From: Octopus sinensis
Taxonomy: Eukaryota
NCBI RefSeq assembly: GCF_006345805.1
Contig: NC_043002.1
Span: forward strand, 57,970,001-58,034,000
Length of the DNA: 64,000 bases
Direction: 5' to 3'
This document shows, piece by piece, positions 1 through 12,684 of the stretch (positions are counted from its first letter, which is position 1; each line of letters starts with the position of its first letter). Position numbers and translations under genes: made by a program. The notes under the pieces were generated by a model. It was not told the origin of the DNA and did not search any database. It saw only the letters and a list, made by a program, of their open reading frames with translations.

Positions 1-110
1 CCAGGCTTTAAAAATATAATGGGGGTCGATTCGTTCGCCAAAAAATATTTTTCAAGCCTTTACCCTAGCATGGCCGCAGTCTAATGTCTGAAACATACAA
101 AAGATAAAAG
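1..110 (+). mobile_element. SINE family A, 3' end fragment
   Basis: ggggtcgattcgttcg...agcatggccgcagtctaatgtctgaaac...aaagataaaag matches the 3' tail of the full copies at 47152 and 59954. Confidence 0.65.
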
Positions 111-825
111 AATAAAATTACTTTGCTATCGCTGTAACTAGCATCAGACACAATTGCATAATATTCCTTTACTGTACATTATGCATATTATGCGCAATTT
201 ACACATTTTGCACATAACTCAGATAATACCTGATCAAAAGAAACACAAATGAAAATTATCAGGCATTCACTGACTACTACTTACGTCTGACAAATTCAAA
301 CATTCTTATTACCACCCAGGACCAACAGACACACCTAGATCTTATCCATGACACCTACAGATTTGATAACAAACAACTGAAAATAATTATTGCCGGTTCG
401 AGTACACCCTAATTTTGGCGATTCTCAAAATTGTTATAATTTCCCTTATTTACTGCCAAATGCCGCGATCGTTTCAACTGAGGTTTATTTTCTTGAATAA
501 CTTCATTAGGTGAAGAAGGACGGTCCCGTGGCCCTTTTTCTTGTTGACATCTCAACACCTACTGATGTATTGTTTCACCTGTGAAAAGAAATAATTCATC
601 CTACAGTCTTCCACACAGTTTCTGTCCAGCGGAAACTGAAAGAAGCCCATCGCATATATACTTTTCTCGCTGTATTGCGTTTTTTAATTTTTTTTTTTTT
701 TGCATGTTATTTTATTATTGATCTTCTATAAAAATGAAGATATATCCTTTAATTTGCGACTTTTCTTAACACGAAATGAGAAGAAACCTTGCGGAATTGT
801 TATTTTAACGAGATATATCTATTCA

Positions 826-930
826 TGACCTGAAGAGAAAGATCTGCACCGTCGGATGCTCCTGGACCAGTTGTTAAGCATCCCACCCGTGAGAGATCGA
901 TGCTAGATGTACTGAAACAATTGTAGTAAT
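826..930 (+). ncRNA. Degenerate type I hammerhead ribozyme-like motif with long stem II
   Basis: tgac-CTGAAGA ... GAAA-caattg-TA-gtaa. Palindromic stem III ACAATTGT; nested hairpins gatct/agatc and ggatgct/agcatcc between the core halves. Stem I has a mismatch. Confidence 0.35.
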
Positions 931-1080
931 TGATAATAAATTCTCGTATATTCCATCTTCCGTCTCTATTTTACCATACATGCATGTATGTGTGTTTGTG
1001 TGAGAGAGTGTGTGTGTTTGAGTGTGTGTGTGTGTGTATGTGTATGGATGTGTGTGTGGGGGGGGTCTGAGTCTGTGTGT

Positions 1081-1290
1081 CTGTGACTATGTTTTATCCT
1101 CAACTACCGCTTGACACCCGACATTGATGTGTTTAAGTCGCCGCAACCTAGCGGTTCGGCATAAGAGAACGATAGAATAAGTACAAGGCTTCAAAATATA
1201 AAGTACTGGGATCGATTCATTCGACAAGACGGTGTCCCATCATGGCCGCAGTCTAATGACTGAAACGAGTAAAAAAATAAGAGATGAAAT
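1081..1290 (+). mobile_element. SINE family A, 3' half
   Basis: tagcggttcggcataagagaacgatagaataagtac...catggccgcagtctaatgactgaaac, homologous to 60190-60370. Confidence 0.75.
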
Positions 1291-1533
1291 GAAAAAGACA
1301 TTTCGTTTGCACTTAAGGTTCTTTAGATTAATTTGGTTTAGAAATATATTTCGAGATGCAGTAAATTGATTTACTACCAGTGGGGAAAGAATCCGAAATG
1401 TTTGGCACTTTACCACTTTTTTAATTTAATTTAGTTTAATTTTATTTGTGAAAGAGAATATACTGGGGCGTTGTCTTTTTGAACGCAAGATTTGCGAAAG
1501 AAAAGGAAAAGAAATAGGGGTATATTATAATGT

Positions 1534-1670
1534 GGAGGCGCAATGGCCCAGTGATTAGGGCAGCGGACTCGCGGTCGTAGGATCGCGGTTTCGATTCCCA
1601 GACCGGGAGTTGTGAGCGTTTATTGAGCGAAAACACCTAAAGCTCCACGAAGCTCCAGCGCGGGGTGGGG
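1534..1670 (+). mobile_element. tRNA-derived SINE family B
   Basis: ggaggcgcaatggcccagtg (A-box like) ... gtttcgattccc (B-box like). A near-identical head occurs on the - strand at 45335-45425. Confidence 0.75.
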
Positions 1671-1671
1671 A

Positions 1672-2162
1672 TTAGAAATGCTATCTCTTTAAAAATAATG
1701 TGGCTGGTTGATGGCAGTCACATGATCAGGTGATAGGATTTTCTGCGTTGATAAGATAAAATTTAGTTTACATAAATACATCCAAACCAAGTATTTGAGT
1801 TTTCGGCAAGGAGATAAAACGTTTGTCAATCGGCGGGCACTAAAGTTTTAGTCTCACTATGATCAGAAACCATAATTGTTTGCAGGATCTTAACTTGAAA
1901 ATAAGGTGAGTAGAGAAATAACAGACCATTTATAGTTCTCGGATCTGGCTGTAGAATCTCACATCTGGATGGAATTTGACAGTTATTACTATTTTATACA
2001 AAAATGGTGGCTCAAAATTGTTTTCTTTTTAAAATACACTGTAGTTGGTTGGTGGCTGTCATGTGATCAAAAGATGCTTCTGTTTCGTTTTTTTTTTAAG
2101 GTGGCTTAGAAATGCTATCTCTTTAAAAATAATGTGGCTGGTTGATGGCAGTCACAAGATCA
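1672..2162. repeat. 57-bp direct repeat pair (1672-1728 and 2106-2162)
   Basis: ttagaaatgctatctctttaaaaataatgtggctggttgatggcagtcaca(t/a)gatca occurs twice with one mismatch. Confidence 0.85.
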
Positions 2163-2299
2163 AAGGGTAGTTCATGATTGTTCTGATTTCAAATAACTGT
2201 TGTGCCGCCAAGAAAAGGTTGTCTAGTGAGCTCGTTCCGTTATCGTTCAGTAGTTTTCGGCTGGTGTTTAGGGGTTTATATGTATGACTCATAAGACTG

Positions 2300-3150
2300 G
2301 TGTGTATTTTTGTGTAGGTGTATGTGTGTATGTATCTGTTTGCGTGTTTTTTCTAGGAAATACGAATAACAGGTTTACGTGTGTGAGTGTGCGTGTGTGT
2401 ACATGTGTGCATGCATATCGGTGTCCTATTTGTGTGTGTGTACGTGCGTGACTACGTATGTGTGTGTATGTATGTTTGTGTTGCAGTTGTCAGCGCCATG
2501 TGTGTGTGTACCTGTGTATGCTTGTGTGTGTATGCCTGTGTACACGTATGTTATATTTAACAGGGTGATGTGTGTGTATGTGGGTGTGTATGGGTGTGTT
2601 ACGTTTGTCAGGGTGGCGTGCACGTGTGCGTATCTGTATGTGTATGTGTGTGTTGCGTGTGTATATGCATGTTGCGTTTGTTAGGGCTTATGTGTACGTC
2701 TGTGTGTGTACGCATGTGTGCATGTGTATCTGTGTTTTGCGTTGAGCAGGGTAGTGTGTGCGTGCACGTGGGTATGTGTGTGTATATTGTGATTTTCAGA
2801 GTAAGGTGTGCGCACGCACGTCTGTATGTGTGTGTTTTATTTCTATTTCTCAGGCCAGTGTGTGTATGTGTGTGTATTTTGTGCTTGTTAGGACGGTGAG
2901 TGCGAGTGTTGTGTGCATGTGTATGTGGCTGTGTATGCGTGTGTTTTTCTAGGAATGTGTTTGTTTTCTTCCATGGGAATGGTGATATTGTGTTTGTGTG
3001 TGGGTTGTATTGTATTTATGTGTATATGTGTGTATCTGCGTATGTATCTGTGTGTGACTGTATGGGTGTGTATATGTGTGTATATAAGCGCGTCTGTATG
3101 TGTTTTTGTGGATGTATGTTCCTGGAAGATAGGGATATTGTGTTTATGTG
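2300..3150. repeat. Degenerate (TG/TA)-rich low-complexity block
   Basis: Long run of gtgt/gtat variants; the ORFs here are only C/V/M/Y repeats. Confidence 0.85.
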
Positions 3151-5640
3151 TGATGTGTGTAAGGGCTTATTTTTTGCACACAGATCTAAGTAGCCACTGA
3201 GTGGTATCTGTCTTGTGGTGGGGTCCTATAATTGTTGGCGGCGGATTGCCATCCTGTCTCTGAAGGTAAGGCTAGTTTGCCCTTTGTAATCTTTGTGGGA
3301 CTCTTTACACCTAATGACATAATTTTTTTATGCGCAGGTGAAGTAACTTTTTACGACAAAAGTTTGTCCTGATTGAAATTTATACATTGTACCTTCAGTG
3401 AGGTGAATGCAAGTCCCGCATTTTTTGACGGTACGTGTTTGACTTGTGGTAGGTAATTTTGCATTGGGGAGTAATTTTTTAAAGGATTTGGGTTGTCTCT
3501 TGCTTTTTATTATTTTATGGTTTTCGAGTGCCTTTAATTGTGTGTCTTGACTCAGTATGTTCTTGTATATAATGTTCTTGTGTATAATGGTGTAAGCTAT
3601 ATGAGATATATGGAAGACTATTTAGCGTACTTTCAGTGTGTTTCAGTTCTCATAAATCCTGGATGTCGATTGTCTAAACCCGTTCTATTACATTGTCAAT
3701 TAATGGTGTTGGGTACTGTTACTAGTAGATTTTCCTTTAATTCTTGGAGTCCTGTCCCGCGTTTCATAATTTGAGACAGTTGTACACATTCTTCTCGTTA
3801 GATTAAAAGGAATGTTTGTTTTTGTGAGCTTTGGCTGGTTGGAGGTGAATAGAGGAATCAGTCGTTTTGTAGTAGACATCAGTTTCAATGTATGTGTCTT
3901 TTCTATGATTAAGAGGTCTATAAATGGGAGTTGGTCTTGACTATATTCCATAGTACAATAAATTAGATATGATTGATTGTTGATGTTCTTTATTAAGTTT
4001 TTGAAGTCATTGAGTTGGTTGAATGTGTGAGACCATAGAATGAAGCAGTCATCGAAGTAGCGCTTCTGCTTCTCTAACAGGTTCTTGTAGAAATTCACAC
4101 CGTATTCTATTTTGGATTGTTCATATATTTGGACTCTCAAGTAAGCCATAACTAGATTAGCGTAAGTTAAGGCAAATTTTGTACCTAACGCCGTCTTTGA
4201 TATCTGTTTATAGGTGTTATCATTAAAGTTAAAAAAGTTGTTTTACAAAATGAACTCAATTCCTTCGATGATAAAATATTTTTCTATTCTTTCCGGGAAC
4301 TCATTGGGGTATTTTTCCAGCCAGAATTTTATTGCTTCCAGTCCGTATTAGTGTGGAATCGTAGTGTAGAGGTATATCACATCGAAGGAGGCGGTGAAAA
4401 TGTCCCTGTTGGCGTGTTTGGGGAGGTGGTTTAGCAGATACAGGTCATCTCTTGCAATATTTGGTATGTGTTTGAGAATTGCTTTTAGCAGTATATCTAT
4501 AAAATTGCTTAGTTTCACAATTTGGTCCTGAAAAATTAGTCCCAGTTTGAGGTCAGTGGGGTGTGGTACATTGGTGAAGGTTGAGGCTAACTTTTGGCAT
4601 GCTTCGTTAATTATTTTGCTCTTGTGGATTTTAGGAAGTCCGTAGAAATTGCTGGTTTTGCATTTAAAATTTGTTAATCGCATTCATTTTTCGTTAAGTT
4701 TGTTTTGATGCTGGCAAATGAGTGCTTTTCATTTGGTCATCGTTTTTGACTGTTGGTAGTTGTTTACTCTTTCATAGTAGGCAGTATCTTGTAAGAGATG
4801 AGATACAGATATGGTTTGTACCATCTGGTGTCGTGGATTCTGTTGCCTTGGTCTCAAAAATGGTTTCTAGAGATTGTTCTGTCCCCGGTAATTCGGTATC
4901 TAGTGGCATTTTCCCTGCTATTGTGTGGACTTCTATAGTAATTTTAAACATTTCCAAGTCTGGGTGATTGTTGGTAATTGTAATTTTGTTTCCTTTGCGT
5001 TGGTTGAGATCTACGATTTTGGAACTGATTCCTTTGTGTAGGTTGGGGTCTACGATTTTGGAACGAATCCTGTGTGGGCTGGGATCTACGGTGTCGGGAA
5101 AAGTCTTGTCTTGTGTTGGAGGATGCCTTAGTTCTTTTAGTAAGGTTATATTGCTGCCGTTGAGTTGTTATTATTGTCATAGTTTGGAGTGGTGTATGTC
5201 TGATGTTTTGTTTTGTTTGTTGTGGATGAGGTAAGAAAATTTTAATTTTTTTCAAAAATGGGTTACCCCTATGATGTTCGTTTTTGAAATCCATTTCGCA
5301 ACTGATGAAGCAGATAGTATTTTTTCCCATCGTTGGAGGGATGTGAATTCTTCATCCTCACAGTTTTTTCTCCAAATTTTGATGGTTTTATCAAGGAGTG
5401 TGCCTTCACAGTATTTTGAAATTTCAGCTTCCATTTCATGGGCGAATGCCATGAACTTTTCCTCGATGGAATTGGCTCTTAACCGCAGCAGTTCTATTTC
5501 CATTTTGTATTTTTGTAAGGCCATCTTCTCTCTGAGTCTTTGTTGGTTTTCTGGTTGATTTGTGATCGGTTGTATTTGAAGCTTTTTGGGAAGGGTGATT
5601 TGGATGGAATTTAGCTCCCTTTCATAAATGTCTACTTATA
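3150..5640 (-). mobile_element. Penelope-like element lineage A (RT + C-terminal GIY-YIG), decayed
   Basis: Fragmented translation gives FYGLPKIHK, FDVIYLYTTIPH, LGTKFALTYANLVMAY, KRYFDDCF, TNIPFNLTRRMCT, and YVIRCKESHKDYKGQTSLTFRDRM (GIY-YIG, ~3240-3330). Many frameshifts. Confidence 0.9.
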
Positions 5641-6515
5641 TATATCATTATATATGTCCCTTTTTTTGGTATCATCTAACTGTCTGGGTGTTTTGCGTTC
5701 TTGTCCCATTTTTGGTATTCCTTTTTATATAAATATAGCCGTGCATGGACACTTTGGTCTCTTGTATGTAAGTACACACACACACACACACACACATATA
5801 TATTGTTCTATCTATTGTTCTATCATTCTTTCCTTCTTTCTATCAGCCCCTTCACACTTCGTTCTTTTCACTCTTCTTTCTTTCGTCCCCCCTCTCTTAC
5901 ATTTCCTGACTTTCTCTTCATCCTCAACTTCTCTCCACTTCCACTTCACTCTGTCCTTTTCCTTTTTTTCTCGTCCCTTCCTAATTCTTCTATCCCTCTG
6001 CTACTATATCTCTCTTTTCTCTCTCCAAGTGACCGGTGTTCGGCCAAGCCTGACCTTTCTTTCTTGGTTGGACTACCATCCGTGCATCATCTATATTTCT
6101 CCCTATGCATGTCATCACTTATGTCTCTGCCGTAAGGCTTCACTTCCGCACACGCCAGCTTAATTTAATTTGTCCTTAGGCGAAAGAGACCTGTTGTTAA
6201 TGTCCTTTATTTGCATTTGTATTTGTGTTACATTTCTCCGTTTTTTTTTCCGTCCTTGTTTTCGTATACATTCGCTGCTTTCTTCCAAAGAATCTAGTGC
6301 TCTTAGCTTAGTTTTTACTTGGGGCTGGCCAGATTGGAGCACTCTCGAGTATAATCAGCTGAAATTGCAAAGACAATCTGGGACTCAACATGAAGAAAGA
6401 AAACTCCGAATAACCCGTCCTTGTTTTTTTTTGTATCATCTGTCTGGATGTTTTGTTGTCCATTTTTTGTATCATTTGTCTGGATGCGTTCCTGTCCCAA
6501 TTTTTGGTATTCCTT

Positions 6516-6547
<32 letters not shown>

Positions 6548-7119
6548 GTGTGTGTGTGTGTGTGTACTCAGAAAATTCTATTTACCAGATTTCCTAAAAC
6601 TTATTTTTATTCCCATAAAAAGTAATTAACGTTCCATTACTGAAATCTCATATTATCGCTTCAAAGATACTTAAAACACTGTTGTTAAACACGACTCGCT
6701 TTTCATATTTTCTTCTCGATTAGCGCTTACTGCTCTAAAGCGATTAGGATGAAAAGAAAAAAAAATGAAACGAAATGAAACAAAACGAAACGAAATGAAG
6801 AAGAAACAATCAAGTCAAAAACAACCGTTAAATTTTACTAATAAGCATCGTTTTAAATATTCTGTGTAAAATAATGTGTTATATTTTTCATCTTCTATTC
6901 TTCACTTCTTGCAACACAGTATTGGCTTTCTTTTTATATATATCATATTATTTATTCATTTCTTTATAGTTCCGGCTTAATTATTTCGTATCTGCTGGGC
7001 TGTTTGTTGTTATCTGAGCTATTTTTGATATAACTCTTTGGTTCTTAGTTGTTTATTGTTACTCAACGCTTCTCCTAACCGCCATAGATTTCACTACTAT
7101 CACATCTATTAATACTGCT

Positions 7120-7145
7120 ACTACTACAACTATTACTACTACTTA

Positions 7146-7231
<86 letters not shown>

Positions 7232-7242
7232 ACTACTACTAC

Positions 7243-7291
<49 letters not shown>

Positions 7292-7292
7292 T

Positions 7293-7345
<53 letters not shown>

Positions 7346-7570
7346 CATCATCATTATACTGCTGCTGCTACAGCTAAAACCACCAGTACCACTTCTGCTA
7401 TCACCCCTGTGCACACCACTAATACTATGACTATTATCACCGCCACAACTACTAGTAGTACTACTACAACTACCGGTGGTGGTGGTGCTGCTGCTGCGGC
7501 TACTGCTGTTGCTACCACTGCTGCTGCTACCACTGCTGCTGCTACCAGTGCTGCTGCGGCTACCACTTCC
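7120..7570. repeat. Compound trinucleotide microsatellite (ACT)n(AAT)n(ATT)n...(GCT)n
   Basis: Direct reading of the repeats. Confidence 0.9.
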
Positions 7571-7845
7571 AAGACTGGATTTATTCCTGAAGTAAAGCAT
7601 GAATATCACAACACACTACCTCTTCACTCCAACACCCTACCCGCACACCCGTCTCATGAAGACGTATCACAAAAACAGAAAATCTAGCATTGATGCGATT
7701 AGACAAGGCACCTCGAGACTACGAAACAAAGTTCACCTCAAAGTACTGCACCCGAACACATACATACACACACACTCACACATACACACACACACACACA
7801 CAACACACACACACAAACAAACAAACATATAGTTGAAAGGCCTGA

Positions 7846-8110
7846 CTGTGTGGGAAAAAGGTTGCTTCCCAGCCACATGGTTCCAGGTTTAGTCCAACGG
7901 CATGGCATTTTAGGCAAGTGTCTTCCACAATAACCCCGTGTCAAACAAAGTCTAGTAAGTGGATTTGGTAGACAGACGACCGTCGCATATATACATAATT
8001 TAGCGTTTCTGCAAAAGAGAAGATACAATAAGTACAGTCTCAAAAAGAAATAATTGGGTCAAGTCATTCGGCAAGAAATTCTTGATGGTGCTACCCCACC
8101 ATGCCCAGTT
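7846..8110 (+). mobile_element. SINE family A, degenerate copy
   Basis: ccacatggttccaggtttagtcc...gcaagtgtcttc...gtggatttggtagac...gcaaaagag...aataagtac. Confidence 0.65.
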
Positions 8111-8200
8111 TAAAGGAGTCTAATGTGGGTCTTGTATTAGCATGTATATGTTAAATAAAATGAGACAACAAAGTCAAAGCTGCGTAGAATTTTCAGGACC

Positions 8201-8400
8201 TTTATAAAAAGAAAGTTAGCCTTACAGCTGTTTCTGGGATATTTGGGATATCCCTTCATTATAGATGACGTGAGATGGTTAAATAGAAGGAAATAGCACT
8301 CTTCTATTTCCCCTCTATCTAACCATCTCATATCGTCTCTGATGAAGGGATATTCCTAATATCCCACAAACAGCTGCAAGACTAACTTTCTCTTTATAAA
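8201..8400. repeat. Inverted repeat with ~96-bp arms (8201-8296 / 8304-8400) and a 7-nt loop; each arm carries a hammerhead motif
   Basis: The reverse complement of the left arm aligns to the right arm with scattered substitutions. Confidence 0.9.
8335..8382 (+). ncRNA. Type I hammerhead ribozyme motif (degenerate)
   Basis: gtct-CTGATGA-agggata..tatccc-aCAAA-cagctg-CA-agac. Stem I gtct/agac. The mirror copy at ~8219-8266 (-) retains GAAAcagctgTA. Confidence 0.6.
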
Positions 8401-8739
8401 CGTGCTCATCACTGAAAACTAAAGGAGTTGAATGTTGAAAGTTACCGGAATAAACAAACTTGTAACTCGTTGGCAAAAATGTGTTGATTGTAATGGTACT
8501 TACTTTGATGATTAAACTTTCTGTATTGTTGAAATACTTTGTGATGTTTTACATGTTTCCAAACGTTGCTTACTTTTTACTCTGATAATTTATAGAGATG
8601 GGTATCACGTTATTAATAGTGGAGCCACATTCAGAAACAACAGTAATAGTGTAATATAAATGTTTTCTCTTCATCCATCATCATTACTATTAAGAAAAAT
8701 CAACAATAATAATAATAAATGTAGTTCGGCTGCTTCTCT

Positions 8740-9395
8740 TTCAAACATTCAATTTTAAAAAGAATGTTTTGATGAAGTGCAGCTCCATTGCTTTTCAGAA
8801 TTTTGGATAATCTCTTGAACATTTGTAAAAGGGAAAGATTGTGAAATTTCCTTCACCGCATATTTCTAGATGCTTGCTCTTGTCGGATCTGTTGTCTGTG
8901 GATTCATGCATCTTGGCAGAGGGAATCGTTTGTTTCGCCAATGTAATTTTCCTTGCGGTTGGGGCAAGTAATACAGTATATGAGATTCTGCGTCTTTCAG
9001 TTCATATCCGCATTTATTTTGAACGAGAATCCGCTCCTGAATTTTAGGTGGGGGCCAGTTTCTAAGTATTTAAAGTTGTTGTTGTTACATGTTCCACATC
9101 TGCCATCTCCGCATTCTTTTATGGAGGATTGTGATTCATTTTCTTATGTGAAGGTTGCTCTTGTAGGTGGTTTCTGAGATTTTATGGTTGGCGTCTACTG
9201 TTTCGTATGGTTGGCATCTACTGTTTTATCAATCAGCTCTTCCATTATGGAGCTCTGTAGAAGCAAAGATAGGTTTGATTTTATGGCGTGAAAGATGTTG
9301 GCAACCCCGGGGTTATGCGTGTTAATAAATGGACTCGTGTGTTCATTAATTTTTCCTTTGGTGTCCTTAGGTGTGTAATGCTCAGATTCATTGCC
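8740..9395 (-). mobile_element. Penelope-like element 3' fragment (GIY-YIG endonuclease)
   Basis: ECGDGRCGTC...NLIYCITCPNRKENYIGET...HLEICG...MELHFIKTF. Confidence 0.85.
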
Positions 9396-9410
9396 TTCGT
9401 TACATACGTT

Positions 9411-9412
9411 TA

Positions 9413-9497
<85 letters not shown>

Positions 9498-9586
9498 GTC
9501 TGTCTGTATGTCTGTCTGTCTGTCTTTCTATCTATTTATCTATCTATCAATCTATCTGTCTGTCTGTCATTCTGATTTTTTGGCTA

Positions 9587-9682
<96 letters not shown>

Positions 9683-9700
9683 ACACATACACGCAATATT
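9411..9700. repeat. (TATC)n-(TC)n-(TA)n compound microsatellite
   Basis: Direct reading. Confidence 0.95.
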
Positions 9701-10179
9701 GTCTGTGTGTGTACGTGTGTGTCTCAGGTACGTATGTGTACAAGAGTATTTAGAAATTAGATACGTTTAAAAGGAAGAGAAGAGAAAGAATAAAAGCTAG
9801 TCAATTAGCTAACCCCCTTAAGTTGATGAATTCCAAGAATTATTCCGAAAAAAAGTGTTGAATCAGGGGAATATGTCCATATACTGAATATATTGACAAT
9901 AATATTCAAGAAATGGTGACCGAGAATTAGTAAATGTTTGCGAATAGCAAAATCTAGAGGAAAGCCAAAGTAATTACAAACAGATATGTGATCTTATCAT
10001 CGATGTAGATATAAGCGCCATAAAAATATATGTAACAACTGGGACCAGAATAGCGTTCACTCAATTATGATAAATAAATTGCATTTTAGAATCTTTTCAC
10101 TAATGTTAATACATTAAAGAGCTGGTTATTAAAGAAGAGAAATAAAGGTTGAAAAAACTAATTTAAAATATTTTATACG

Positions 10180-10217
<38 letters not shown>

Positions 10218-10421
10218 GTGTGTGTGTGTGGTGTGTGTGTGTGTGTGAGTGTGTGTGTGTGTGTGTACATACATATATACATATGTATATCTATATATAT
10301 ATACATAATATATATGTAAATATATATATACTTATATTTATATATGTATATATCTATATATATATATATACACACATATATATGTATGCATATATATATA
10401 TATATATATGTAATATATATT

Positions 10422-10455
<34 letters not shown>

Positions 10456-10758
10456 CATATAATATATGTATATATATATATATTTATATATATATATTTA
10501 TATATATGTATTCATATATATGTACGCAAGCACATACATAATGGTGTGCGCTTTGTTCCTGAACTGTAGGCTCGTTCGTCACTTTTTTGCGTGTGTAACA
10601 GAATAGAGTGTGTGCGCATTTGCGTGCATATGTATATGTGCGTGTTGTCTGTGTGTGTGTATATGCGTGTATGCATATATATATATATGTATGTATATCC
10701 TCATACATATACATATATACACATAAGAAATTTATACATTCACTCTCTCATACACACG

Positions 10759-10801
<43 letters not shown>

Positions 10802-10940
10802 ACACGTGGTATATTCTGTTATTGCAAGGAAGCCAAGCACTTTTACACATATGCGACCCACGCACGCACACACACTTGCGCGCGCGCATTTTGCAGGTAA
10901 GCCTACGCGTGTGTGTATTTGTATATGTGAGTTTGCATAG
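10180..10940. repeat. (TA)n/(TG)n/(CA)n microsatellite block
   Basis: Direct reading. Confidence 0.9.
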
Positions 10941-12566
10941 ATAACTGCTTCAAAATCAATCTTGCTGATTAGTTTTTTCTTTTTACTTTTTACTGTAAGT
11001 CTTTTTTTGTTATCAATACGTAAATATATTGGTTAATGGAATATTTCATTCGATTAGGCATTTAGAAGACGTTAATTACACGTCATCGATATTTTCCTGC
11101 CGTGGTTTAATGATAAATTTAAGTAGCGATGCCAAACTTATGGAGGCTAGAGAAGATGGTTTCGTGTCTTTCTTGAAACTAATTGAATTTATGTCTGAAA
11201 TCCGCTCGTCCTAACCCATAGTCGACATCAAATTTCCAGCATCCATATATATAAATACACATGGACACGACCATACATACAAATGTGTGTGTGTGTGTGT
11301 GTGTGTGTTGTGTGTGTGTGTGTGTGTGTGTTTGTGTTGTGTTAGTCAGGAGGGAGGTTGTGTGTCCGTTTGTTTCGTGACATTTCACTCTATGTCTATG
11401 CCTTTAATCAAGATAGAAGTATTCCGTTTCATTTACATAACCACATACATTCTTCAACCCAACAAAACGTTCATTTTACATACCAACCACAGGTAGCCAT
11501 AGTAAGTTGTACCATGGATCTTATTAACAACTTTGTTGATTTAAATAAAGGGCAGGAAAATTCCGGACATAGGCTGCCAATAGTTAATATACTTCTCCAA
11601 TATTCGAGTATTTTGAACCTGTAAAAGCTTTTCCCTGTCCTGGAGAAAATAATGTGGGTTAAAACAAAAAGGAATTAAGGCACCATAGTCAGCTTAAACC
11701 GACGGGTGCATTTAGAACTCATTAAAACTCTCAGTACCAGATACCAAGAGAGTTAGCTCTGAAATGACTAGAAGCGAAACTTCCTTTATTGTAAATATCC
11801 AATATTATTTACTGGTTGCACACATTGACCGGTCGGGCAGGAACAAACTCGTGGGAAGATGCACGAAGCTGTGAGAAACGGTAAAACCATTTCAAATATA
11901 CTTGGGAGATAGTTAACCTGTAAAAGCATTTCACTACAGTCTTTTGTGGAGAAAATATTCCCGCTTAAGACAAACCAAATATTTCTCATCCAATGATGAC
12001 GAAGAGTTATGCTTCAACGTCCCAACCGATATTTTTTTTATGTTACTCTCATACTTTAAAGTCCCATGTATAACTTCATCATATGATCGGTTGTGTAGGC
12101 TAAAGTTCCTCGGTTTTGAACAAATACTACTATATGCCCTCCCCTCAACAATGGAGGATAAGTTGTGCCTTTCCTGTAGGGCTTCATTGAAATTATCTTT
12201 TCAGAACATGTAGGAACATTCTTCCGTTTTCTTGAAGCAGAAATATGTTACTTTCTCCTTACTACATCTTTTTTGACTGAATTTAATGCATGTCTCAAAC
12301 CTGTCTTTGGCTTGTAATTATAGTAGTAGAACCGTTTTAGATACCTTTGTTAATTTTGCACAAGGTTTGCGTTATTGTTTCGAGTAATCTTATATTTATG
12401 TTTGCAGATTTGCATTTGGCAGATATCAAACTATGACTGTCTCTGCGAATCAGTCTTCCCTGTTCACTGTGTGAAAACGTTTTAGAAGCACACAAACGGA
12501 AAATATGCGTATAGCGGCGTTTACAAGATGAAATCGAATTTTTTAAAACAAAATTTGCACATGAGC

Positions 12567-12602
<36 letters not shown>

Positions 12603-12684
12603 ATACATATATATATACATTATATATATATATTTGCATATATATCTACACACGTATGTATATATACATATATATATACATATA

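Noticed and set aside
1534-1610. Possible tRNA gene (also 45335-45425, 59954-60030)
   Set aside because: A- and B-boxes are present, but the sequence continues into repeated SINE bodies and I could not close a full cloverleaf; these are treated as SINE heads
5655-6525. Shared tgtccc..tttttggtattccttt motif at ~5702 and ~6494 upstream of PLE lineage A
   Set aside because: It might be a pLTR remnant, but no ribozyme core was found between the copies and the homology is short
7409-7687. T/A/G-rich ORF with a short unique tail as a possible upstream exon of the 18-kb gene
   Set aside because: It consists mostly of trinucleotide repeats and has no convincing splice sites
8115-8170. ~35-bp match to 36768-36800 (gtgggtcttgtattagcatgtata)
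   Set aside because: Most simply a fragment of a dispersed repeat; nothing further is supportable
11500-12540. Non-repetitive stretch with short ORFs and a repeated aacctgtaaaagc 13-mer
   Set aside because: No recognisable protein motif in any frame; it may be an old TE but this cannot be supported
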